Notes under the pieces: generated by a model
Database searches by the model: none
What the model was told of the DNA's origin: nothing
The model's input: only the letters and a program-made list of their open reading frames with translations
In this document: one piece after another, positions 55,077 to 62,914 of the stretch
How positions within the stretch are numbered: the first letter of the stretch is position 1
Layout: each line of letters starts with the position of its first letter
DNA from: a virus
Taxonomy: Duplodnaviria; Heunggongvirae; Uroviricota; Caudoviricetes
Reading direction: 5' to 3' (one strand)
Virus record (IMG/VR): IMGVR_UViG_3300028422_001686
Length of the DNA stretch: 64,000 bases
Made by a program: the position numbers and the translations under genes

Positions 55077-55943
55077 ATGCAAGAGTTAAGTTCAAAAATA
55101 GAGGTAACTGTGGCTAGACCCGTTGCTCCTGAAGTTAAAATACCTGTTAAACCTTCTACTTCTACTGTTGCTGTGGCTCCTATAAGAACAAAACTAGGAG
55201 AGTCTTTAGGCTATGATAGAGAAGAAGATGGGATGCCTGCTCTAACAGTTTTTGTTGTTGGTTTAGGCGGGACAGGGGGATATGTTTTACGAGATCTGGC
55301 TCGATATGCTTACTATCTTAGAGTAAGTAAGAAAGCCGAACTCAATATCGTTCTTTATGATGGTGATACAGTAGAAGAAAAGAATCTTTTAAGACAGAAC
55401 TTTATCACTAGCGATCAAGGCAAGTATAAGGCTGAGGTTTTAGCAAAAAGATATTCTGCAGCTTTTGGTGTAGATATAAAGTTTGTAAATGAATACTTGT
55501 CTACTAAAAATATGGTTTCTCTTAATTATGGTAGATCCATTATAATTTCTTGTACTGACAGTAATGATGCTAGAAGGTTAATTCATAATGAAATTCTCCG
55601 CTCTAGAGTTGGACTTGTCTCTTGGATAGATTCTGGAAATGAAAAACGTAGTGGTCAAGTTATTCTTGGGGAAAAGAATAGAGGTTATTCTGGCTTCCAG
55701 ACATTTAAGTCTTGTATCGAGCTCTTTCCTGAACTAGCTGATCCTGCTAACGATCCGGTAGATACTCGTTCTTGTGCAGATGTTGGAATTGATGAATCAC
55801 AGAATTTATTTATCAATTCTATGGCAGCCATGATGGTAATGAATTTTGTTAGAGTTTTAGTTGAGAATGAATGGACCAATTTAAATGGTGTTTCTTTTGG
55901 GATTAATGGTGTTTCAACGCCAATTTTTATAGATAATAAGTAA
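55077..55943 (+). CDS. E1-like ubiquitin-activating enzyme homolog (ThiF/MoeB family)
   Basis: VVGLGGTGGYV is the GxGxxG nucleotide loop. YDGDTVEEKNLLRQNF is the D-x-D...NL-x-RQ motif. SCTDSNDARRL is the E1/MoeB C-x-D-N...R active-site region. Confidence 0.7.
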   Translation: MQELSSKIEVTVARPVAPEVKIPVKPSTSTVAVAPIRTKLGESLGYDREEDGMPALTVFVVGLGGTGGYVLRDLARYAYYLRVSKKAELNIVLYDGDTVEEKNLLRQNFITSDQGKYKAEVLAKRYSAAFGVDIKFVNEYLSTKNMVSLNYGRSIIISCTDSNDARRLIHNEILRSRVGLVSWIDSGNEKRSGQVILGEKNRGYSGFQTFKSCIELFPELADPANDPVDTRSCADVGIDESQNLFINSMAAMMVMNFVRVLVENEWTNLNGVSFGINGVSTPIFIDNK

Positions 55944-55956
55944 GGTGGAGTTTCGT

Positions 55957-56535
55957 ATGTCATATATAAGGCCTTTAGTTTTTGAAGACCCTTTAGAGTC
56001 TGAGACAAGAAATGATATTTCTATCCTAGAAAATCTTGGTGATGAATCATTTCTTTATGATATTTTTTATGACAGTAGGATTGGCGGGGTATGTCATCAC
56101 TATGCCTTTAATGGATTTAATGTTGGAATCTATTTTAGATCTAATGGAGTTATATGGACAAATGCAGTTTGTTTTTTTGATAGAAATTATTATTATCTAG
56201 GAATGAATGCGGATGGGACACTGAATACTTCACCAGTTAGTCGTTATGGAATACCATCAAGATTACATCTGACTTTACTTGTAGATGGAGATCCAGTAGA
56301 GTTTTTTCAAAATCAAAACTGTACTGTTCACTTCTTGCCTGGATCCTATAATTTAGATTTTTTAAAAAATTATACAGAAGAAACTGACCTAGACCTTGAA
56401 GAAGAGGATAGAGTTTCAGCAGAAAAGAAACTTCAATCATCTCTCTTGGCTTATTTTTTAAATATAGCTGAATATTTTGGTGGAGTTATCGATGGGCAAG
56501 ATGTATCGGATTCAGACAACCTCACAGAGTTTTAA
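55957..56535 (+). CDS. hypothetical protein between the E1-like gene and the RT
   Basis: ATG at 55957 preceded by AAGGTGGAG. About 192 aa. Its end overlaps the RT start. Confidence 0.45.
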   Translation: MSYIRPLVFEDPLESETRNDISILENLGDESFLYDIFYDSRIGGVCHHYAFNGFNVGIYFRSNGVIWTNAVCFFDRNYYYLGMNADGTLNTSPVSRYGIPSRLHLTLLVDGDPVEFFQNQNCTVHFLPGSYNLDFLKNYTEETDLDLEEEDRVSAEKKLQSSLLAYFLNIAEYFGGVIDGQDVSDSDNLTEF

Positions 56536-57367
56536 TAATTGTTTTTATATTAAAAGTACTGTTTTAAAAAAGAATGGTAAAAATAGAGTTATCTATGCCC
56601 CTTCTGATAAATTAAAAGAGTATCAAAAAGAAATTTCTAACATTCTTGAAAGTGGTTTTTCTGACATCTTAAATAGTAGTCATATAATGGGATTTGTTAA
56701 ACAAAAATCTATTGTCGATAATGCAACTAAGCATTTAGGTAAAGATTGGGTCATTAATATCGATATTAAAGATTTTTTTCCTAATATAAAAGGTCAGTAT
56801 GTTTATGATCTTATCTCTAAGAGGTCTATTATCTTTTCAGACTTTATATCTAAGTATAATAGCAGCTTGATAGATGTAGTAAGACTTTTAACATTAAAGG
56901 ACAAATTAATTCAGGGAAGCCCAGCTAGTCCTATAGTGGCAAATTTAATCGGTGCTGCGATGATTGACAATAAGGTTAAAGACTTTTTAGATTGCTATGC
57001 GCTTGATGATTTAGATTATACTCGTTATGCGGATGATCTTACAATCTCTTTCAATTCTGAGTTGAAAAAGCATGAACTAAAAGATATAATACACTCTTTA
57101 AAAAAAAGTTTAGACCCTTTTCAGTTCACAAAGAAAAAGACGATTATAAGTTCTAGATACGATAGACAAGAGGTGACTGGTATTACAGTAAATAATACTA
57201 GATGCAATCTTGGAAGAGAAAAAAGAAATTCTTTAAGAGGTTGGATTCATTCGGTTATTCAGAGTGGTAGATCAATTAAAGATGATCAAAGATTAATGGG
57301 ACACTTGTCTTATTTAAGATATGTTAATCCCGAAAGTTATAATAGATTAATAAAGAAATACAGTTAA
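56492..57367 (+). CDS. reverse transcriptase, retron-type (RT domain only)
   Basis: RT motifs occur in order: RVIYAPSDKLKEYQK (1), DIKDFFPNI (2/A), LIQGSPASPIVANL (4/B'), YTRYADDLTISF (5/C, YADD) and RQEVTGITVNN (the VTG motif typical of retron RTs). There is no maturase or endonuclease domain. Confidence 0.65.
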   Translation: MGKMYRIQTTSQSFNNCFYIKSTVLKKNGKNRVIYAPSDKLKEYQKEISNILESGFSDILNSSHIMGFVKQKSIVDNATKHLGKDWVINIDIKDFFPNIKGQYVYDLISKRSIIFSDFISKYNSSLIDVVRLLTLKDKLIQGSPASPIVANLIGAAMIDNKVKDFLDCYALDDLDYTRYADDLTISFNSELKKHELKDIIHSLKKSLDPFQFTKKKTIISSRYDRQEVTGITVNNTRCNLGREKRNSLRGWIHSVIQSGRSIKDDQRLMGHLSYLRYVNPESYNRLIKKYS

Positions 57368-57377
57368 GGAGTATTTT

Positions 57378-57704
57378 ATGCAAGTTACAGATGCAAGTTT
57401 TTTTCCAGTTAATAATGGCCCAACAGTTGCTTTGGGGCAAGTTATTTTAGATAAAGTCTTGAAGCTTAATGTAAAGATCATGAATGGTAAAAATGGTCTC
57501 TGGGTTGCTTTCCCTTCAAAATTAAGTCAAAAAGATAATAAATATTATTCGGATTTTAATTTTATTGATAAAGATGCACATGCTGATTTTTCTACAGCTG
57601 TTCTATCTGCTTATCATACAACTAATTCTCAAGGAAATGGTAGTCCTTTAAGTAGAAACAGTAACTCTGAAGCAGAGATTATGCAGGATGACTTACCATT
57701 TTAA
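57378..57704 (+). CDS. spoVG: SpoVG-like nucleic-acid-binding protein
   Basis: MQVTDASFFPVNNGPTVALGQVILDKVLKLNVKIMNGKNGLWVAFPSKLSQKDNKYYSDFNFIDKDAHADFSTAVLSAYH is collinear with B. subtilis SpoVG ([33 protein letters not shown].EY). Confidence 0.6.
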   Translation: MQVTDASFFPVNNGPTVALGQVILDKVLKLNVKIMNGKNGLWVAFPSKLSQKDNKYYSDFNFIDKDAHADFSTAVLSAYHTTNSQGNGSPLSRNSNSEAEIMQDDLPF

Positions 57705-57724
57705 GCTTCACTTTTTAGAGACCT

Positions 57725-57860
57725 AGTAGAACATTATAAAAACTACTAGATGTTCGCTTTAATGTAACCGCCAAAACCGAAAGGCTTTGGCGTTCCGTTT
57801 GATCTGAAGGCATTACAGTCAAAGCAGGATTCCTGCCTACTCTATTTTGGGTAGGCAGGA
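57725..57860 (+). other. hairpin-rich non-coding segment downstream of the RT/SpoVG genes
   Basis: The helices are CTAGTAG...CTACTAG, CGCCAAA-N10-TTTGGCG and a perfect 9-bp CCTGCCTAC...GTAGGCAGG. Confidence 0.35.
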
Positions 57861-58020
57861 CAAATGGAAGAATGAAGGGGTGATAAGATGACAATAGAAA
57901 AAAAGTTTAAAGAACCTGAACAATTAGTTTTATGGGACTTTAAAAATAACGATGATAAAGATAGAATTAGAGGTCTTAATACTAATGGCATTCTTTATGA
58001 TGACCAATGGTTAGGAACTA

Positions 58021-58341
58021 ATGATGACAAAGAAAAAGACAGGGCCGAAGAAGTTTACAGTTAATGATAAGCGTTTAAGGCATGGGGCAGAGATTAAGGA
58101 TATGCTTTATTACTGCTCAAATTATAAGTGTGTTGCAGAATTAATTAAATGGGATCCTGTCTCTGAGTTTTTTACTTTAAGACCAATTCCTTTAAGTATG
58201 GAAGAAGAAAAGTCTTTACCTAAGTTAATAAAGACTAGAGATGAATTTACATTTAGGCCTTGGTGTATAAAAAATAAAGAAAGAAAAAGATATAAAGAGT
58301 TTATACGTCTAAGAAATATTCTGAAGAGATGCGTCGCTTAG
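58021..58341 (+). CDS. hypothetical basic protein
   Basis: 106-aa ORF. An overlapping 59-aa ORF starting at 57888 has a better RBS (GAAGGGGTG) and may be the real gene instead. Confidence 0.35.
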   Translation: MMTKKKTGPKKFTVNDKRLRHGAEIKDMLYYCSNYKCVAELIKWDPVSEFFTLRPIPLSMEEEKSLPKLIKTRDEFTFRPWCIKNKERKRYKEFIRLRNILKRCVA

Positions 58342-58870
58342 CTTCAGCCTTTATATCCTTTGCTCCACTTTTAGTAATTCTACCATGATCTAGAATATGT
58401 CTGAGAGATAATCTCATTAACTCTATGTCATAGTAAAAAGATTTCAGTGGTAAGCTTAGACCAAGATAGTCTGCTAATTCAATAGAGTATTTTATGGCCT
58501 GTTCTTCTACATAGATAATAACGTCTTTACATACAGAAGGACATGGTTCACTTAAATTATCTTCGGGATAGTACTCATAAGCAGCCGTTTCTATTTCTGG
58601 CTCGCCCCGTTTAATAAAGTCTATATGATGTCCAAGCTCATGTAGTAGGGCAAAAATTGTTTTTAATGTAGAAAGGTTTTTAGCCACTCTGATAATAGGA
58701 CTTGATACGACGTTTTTACTTAGATAGTATGCTTCAAAATTATCTTCAGGAGTAACATTAATAAACTGAATATCAATGTTGAGAATTTCTTCTCCATATT
58801 TAATAATTTTTAGTAATTGATTGAGTTGTTTCTTAGGGTATCTTTCAAGGTCCTTTTTTGTTAAATTCAT
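58301..58870 (-). CDS. ImmA/IrrE-family HExxH metallopeptidase (the only minus-strand gene)
   Basis: FALLHELGHHIDF contains the HExxH motif in an ImmA/IrrE-like context. It lies on the minus strand, convergent with the upstream operon. The RBS GGAGGGAGG is visible in the reverse complement. Confidence 0.55.
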   Translation of the reverse strand: MNLTKKDLERYPKKQLNQLLKIIKYGEEILNIDIQFINVTPEDNFEAYYLSKNVVSSPIIRVAKNLSTLKTIFALLHELGHHIDFIKRGEPEIETAAYEYYPEDNLSEPCPSVCKDVIIYVEEQAIKYSIELADYLGLSLPLKSFYYDIELMRLSLRHILDHGRITKSGAKDIKAEAKRRISSEYFLDV

Positions 58871-58974
58871 TATATCCTCCCTCCTCTGACACCTATATAA
58901 TATCCTATTTTTTAGAAAATAAGTACTATGCTTTTCAGTAAAAGATTGATAATATAGTTCGATTAAAAGGGGAG

Positions 58975-59364
58975 TTGTCTATGTTGCACACATCTCAAAT
59001 GTCTGAAATTATTAAAGAATCAGTTTCTGCTATTATGACAAATAGCCGAAATAACTTTGATGCTATCTTGATGTTAAGTCAGCTTCTAATGAAGGTTGGA
59101 CAACGCATAAGTAAGATAAAAATAGATTTAGACACAGCAGATTATAAAGAATTAAATAAAATATATTATTTAGGTGATGGTTCTGATGCCGGACTTGGAC
59201 TTATTCTTAATGGAGTAAGTTTAATGTCTGCCTTACCAGATACCTATTTAGATTCAATAGAAGGAGAACAAAATGCTTTATCCATGTCCAGTAAGATTTC
59301 ACAAGAGAACAGTACAGCTTCAGTTGTCACTAAGTCTTCCAAGGCTAGAAGACGGAAGAACTAA
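58975..59364 (+). CDS. hypothetical protein
   Basis: RBS AAGGGGAG upstream of a 129-aa ORF. Confidence 0.45.
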   Translation: MSMLHTSQMSEIIKESVSAIMTNSRNNFDAILMLSQLLMKVGQRISKIKIDLDTADYKELNKIYYLGDGSDAGLGLILNGVSLMSALPDTYLDSIEGEQNALSMSSKISQENSTASVVTKSSKARRRKN

Positions 59365-59419
59365 AGAAGGCTGCGTCTTTCTTGAAATCGCAAAAGCCCT
59401 TGACGAAGAAGGGAAAAGA

Positions 59420-59725
59420 ATGGATTGGGACAATAAACTAGTTATGAAGCTAGGTTTGCCTGATCTAGTAGAGATTTTAGTTAAATTAAAAACTAAAGCT
59501 TTTCCAGCTAAGCTATTTCACAAAATTGATAATGGCCCATCCTCTACGTTGGAAGTTTCTGAAGGAAACAAAGCTGGAACTTATAGATGGTTCGTATCAA
59601 AAGACGGATCTTCTATGCCAATTTTCTTAGATGCAAAAGATATGTATCTAATTAGTGTATTACTTGAAAATGCTATTTCAGTAACTCAAGCTTGGGTTCC
59701 GGTAGCAAAGCCAAGGAATGCATAA
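59420..59725 (+). CDS. hypothetical protein
   Basis: Internal ATG (MDWDNK...) of the 59273 ORF. The start is uncertain. Confidence 0.35.
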   Translation: MDWDNKLVMKLGLPDLVEILVKLKTKAFPAKLFHKIDNGPSSTLEVSEGNKAGTYRWFVSKDGSSMPIFLDAKDMYLISVLLENAISVTQAWVPVAKPRNA

Positions 59726-59741
59726 AATGAAAGGAGAACAA

Positions 59742-60356
59742 ATGGAAGAGATTGCTGCGGCTGCGGAAGGAATGTTGCCTGCAAACTACCTACAAGGGTT
59801 TGACTTGTTTGGTGGTGGAACAGAGACAAAAACACGAAGCCTTATTGTTACTGGTGAGGTTGGAGAGTCTTTGGTGTCTAGCATAACTAAGAATTTATTA
59901 TCTCTTAGTGCTGAAGACCCTGAGATTCCAATTACTATGTACATCAACACCTATGGTGGATCTGCTTATGACATGTTTGCGATTTATGATGTAATGAATT
60001 TTGTAGAAACTCCAATTTATACAGTTGGATATGGTAAGGTAATGTCTGCCGGAGTTCTCCTTTTAGCTGCTGGAGAGCCAGGCCATAGATTTTTAACCCC
60101 CAATGCTAGTGTAATGATACACAGAATGAAGGGTGGAGTTTATGGTGGTGTCGCAGATTGGGAGTCAGAAAAAGAACATTTTGCTGACTTAGAAAAAAGA
60201 ATGGCCGCTCTCTTAAAAAGTCATTCTAAGCTTACTCAAGCGCAACTTAAAAGCTATTTAGATAATCAAAACATTTATTTAAATGCTAAAGATGCTAAAA
60301 AGTATGGTATTGTTGACCACGTTAAAGGTACAATGCCAAAGATCCTTAAAGGATAA
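59742..60356 (+). CDS. ClpP-like serine protease (S14 fold), possible prohead protease
   Basis: YINTYGGSAYDMFAIYDVMNFVETPIYTVGYGKVMSAGVLLLAAGEPGHRFLTPNASVMIHR aligns with the ClpP core (INSPGG...GxAASMG...R...P...MIHQ), including the active-site Ser. RBS AAAGGAG. Confidence 0.6.
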   Translation: MEEIAAAAEGMLPANYLQGFDLFGGGTETKTRSLIVTGEVGESLVSSITKNLLSLSAEDPEIPITMYINTYGGSAYDMFAIYDVMNFVETPIYTVGYGKVMSAGVLLLAAGEPGHRFLTPNASVMIHRMKGGVYGGVADWESEKEHFADLEKRMAALLKSHSKLTQAQLKSYLDNQNIYLNAKDAKKYGIVDHVKGTMPKILKG

Positions 60357-60380
60357 TTAATATAAGATGTTGAGGGACAG

Positions 60381-60869
60381 ATGAATAATAAAGAAAAACA
60401 GATGTTATCTATTTTAGATGAAGTAAAAATGAAGCTTAAAGAAATTGAAAAACTTGTTTCTACTTCTTTTGTTGAAGATTTATCTATCCCTCACATTTTG
60501 TATTATGAATTTAATAAAGACGGTGATACCCATATTTATTGCTCATACTTTGTCTATGGTGAAGAAGTCGTAATTCTTAATACTCCTTTATTTTTAAAAG
60601 AGGCAAAAAGTAGTGATGATAAAGAGCTTGTAGTTCATAGTGCTAATAGTATCATTAGGCGTGGACTAAGGAGGCTTCCTTTAAATTTTGAAGTTGAAGG
60701 GTATCTTGGTAGGGCTGTATTGATAACAAACACAGATGAGGCTATACCGATAGACCTACCAGAAGCTATTTCTGAATTATCTAAAACATATCAAACTACA
60801 ATCTATTATGCTGATTCTGATTTATCTAAAAAAGCTTACTCTTATGTGAGCGGAAATATTTCATCTTAA
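60381..60869 (+). CDS. hypothetical protein
   Basis: 162-aa ORF. Confidence 0.45.
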   Translation: MNNKEKQMLSILDEVKMKLKEIEKLVSTSFVEDLSIPHILYYEFNKDGDTHIYCSYFVYGEEVVILNTPLFLKEAKSSDDKELVVHSANSIIRRGLRRLPLNFEVEGYLGRAVLITNTDEAIPIDLPEAISELSKTYQTTIYYADSDLSKKAYSYVSGNISS

Positions 60870-60874
60870 TTTTT

Positions 60875-61417
60875 TTGGAGATAAACATGTTAACTTTTAT
60901 CGTAAATGACTCAGGTGAGGCATCTGAAATCATACGCAAATGTTGCTCTTCTTTAGGGTTTAGTTCTTATACAATTCTTGATCCAAAAAGTAACACTATT
61001 CCTAAGAAAATTTATTATGTTTTAGAGGTTGGTGAGACCGGATTAAAGCCCGCGTCTTACTTTGCTAAAATTAAAGGGCAGGTAATTTCTCCAACATTAT
61101 CTATGACACCTGAAAATAAAAGAACCTTCTTTGATCAATTAAAAGAAAATGTTGATCGCTATAGGATGATGGCAGAAAATGACACAGTAAAAAAGGGTGA
61201 CCTTCCGCCATTAAAAACGCTAAAAGAGATGCTGAACGAAATGTATGGTCAGGTAGTAGAGGTTAGACTTCCTGATAGAAGAAAAGTTGGTATTTATCCA
61301 GACTCTGAAAAAAAGAAGGGTCTTTATGATTTAGAATATCATGCTTCATATGTTTATAATATGGCTTTAATTTCAGAGTTATTTGGTGCAAATGAACTGA
61401 TTATTAAAGACTTATAG
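60875..61417 (+). CDS. hypothetical protein
   Basis: 180-aa ORF. Confidence 0.45.
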   Translation: MEINMLTFIVNDSGEASEIIRKCCSSLGFSSYTILDPKSNTIPKKIYYVLEVGETGLKPASYFAKIKGQVISPTLSMTPENKRTFFDQLKENVDRYRMMAENDTVKKGDLPPLKTLKEMLNEMYGQVVEVRLPDRRKVGIYPDSEKKKGLYDLEYHASYVYNMALISELFGANELIIKDL

Positions 61418-61426
61418 GAGATAATT

Positions 61427-61675
61427 ATGAGTAAGAGTAATAGCGGATTTTATAAAAAATACCATGTATCTAAAATATCTAATCCAGATAAAAAGATAGA
61501 TGCTCTTGTTTTAGAATTTGATGATCCTGTCGGCGTGGCGATTGCTTCTATCTGGGCAACCTTAATGTTAAAGCTAGGTTATACTGAGGCTTATGAAGGA
61601 ATTAGTAGAAAGATGAGCTCTCTTGAGCCTGAAGTTATTGCTAAGGCTACTACGATTTTATCTAAATATTTTTAA
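61427..61675 (+). CDS. hypothetical protein
   Basis: 82-aa ORF. Confidence 0.4.
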   Translation: MSKSNSGFYKKYHVSKISNPDKKIDALVLEFDDPVGVAIASIWATLMLKLGYTEAYEGISRKMSSLEPEVIAKATTILSKYF

Positions 61676-61687
61676 TAGGGAAACAAA

Positions 61688-62074
61688 ATGAATAATGAAT
61701 TTGAATTTCAGGTTGGTGATATTGTAGAATGTTACCTTTTAAATGGTGAACATATTTTGCAAAAGAGTGAGAATTGTTTTTATCCACTTTGTATTAAAAG
61801 AGATTCATTTAGTAAAACTTTTACTAAAGATGGAAAGCTTTGTACTAGTCATGACAAGCCTATACTTAAACTATTAAGAAGACCAAAGGAAGTCAGAAAA
61901 GTTAAATTATGGCAATTTGTTGATACATATTGTGTTGCAATAAAACAATTTCATACAGAAGACAAGAATGAAATTTTGATAGATGGAAAATTGCGTAATA
62001 CTTCTTATCTAAAAACCTCTAGAGATACATGGATTAAAACAAATTGTTTTATTGAGGCAGAGGTTGAAGAATAG
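61688..62074 (+). CDS. hypothetical protein
   Basis: 128-aa ORF. Confidence 0.4.
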   Translation: MNNEFEFQVGDIVECYLLNGEHILQKSENCFYPLCIKRDSFSKTFTKDGKLCTSHDKPILKLLRRPKEVRKVKLWQFVDTYCVAIKQFHTEDKNEILIDGKLRNTSYLKTSRDTWIKTNCFIEAEVEE

Positions 62075-62077
62075 TTT

Positions 62078-62451
62078 ATGAAAAGAGTAATGCAAGACAA
62101 ATTTGGGTATCCTGATGGAAATTGTTTTCAGGCATGTTTAGCTACTTTTTTAATAAAAATCTTTGTGATGTCCCAGACTTTAAAGGGAATGAGTGGTTTG
62201 AGAATTTTCAAAAATGGCTAGGACCCATGGGGTTTTATGCTTTATTTTATGAATGTCCTAATGGTTTGCCTGATTGGTTTGTTGAGACTGGTATAACTGC
62301 TATCTGTGGTATTGACTCTCCAAGAGGAGATTTTATGCATGCTGTTATTGCACAAGGAAAAGAGGTCTTGCATGATCCTCATCCAGACCAAGATGGATAT
62401 GATAAATTAATTAAAGACTTTATTATTATTGCTAGAAAAATATGCTTTTAA
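62078..62451 (+). CDS. OTU-like (papain-fold) cysteine peptidase, apparently split by a +1 frameshift in a T6 run
   Basis: Frame A (from 62078) encodes MKRVMQDKFGYPDGNCFQACLATFL, with an OTU-type D-G-N-C-F Cys motif. The ORF continues in frame B (62122-62451) after TTTTTT at 62146-62151 and contains GDFMHAVIA, a candidate catalytic His. Neither frame alone encodes a full domain. Confidence 0.35.
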
Positions 62452-62460
62452 TTTAAGCGG

Positions 62461-62754
62461 GTGATTATGGGTGGATTATTAGGTTCTTTTACAAAAGCTT
62501 TTATGAATTATGTTGTTTTTCATTATTCAAAGAAGTTAGCTAACTCCATAATATATTATGGCCATAATACCCATAGAAAATATATGCTACATAGATGCTG
62601 TACATGTTTCTCTTTATATTCTGGCTATACTGAGTATTGTCCAAAGTGCTGTGGATCTGTAATTCAGAGACTCTACTTGGATTTAGATTCAGAAGAAAAT
62701 GAAAATAATTTTATTGAGACCTATGAAAAAGGTCTTGGTATATTTAGAACCTAG
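62461..62754 (+). CDS. hypothetical Cys-rich protein
   Basis: 97-aa ORF. Confidence 0.4.
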   Translation: MIMGGLLGSFTKAFMNYVVFHYSKKLANSIIYYGHNTHRKYMLHRCCTCFSLYSGYTEYCPKCCGSVIQRLYLDLDSEENENNFIETYEKGLGIFRT

Positions 62755-62764
62755 GAGGTTTTTT

Positions 62765-62914
62765 ATGTATATTTGCCCTAGATGTTCGAGTACCAATACT
62801 AAAACAGAAAGAAGGCCTGATGGCTTTACTGAATGTCTAGATTGTGGATATGTCGAACTAAGCTCTAAATTTCCTCATGAAGATAAGAAGGTAGAAGATG
62901 ACTCAGAACAGTAA
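62765..62914 (+). CDS. small Zn-ribbon protein
   Basis: CPRCSS...CLDCG motif. RBS TAGGAGG. Confidence 0.4.
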   Translation: MYICPRCSSTNTKTERRPDGFTECLDCGYVELSSKFPHEDKKVEDDSEQ

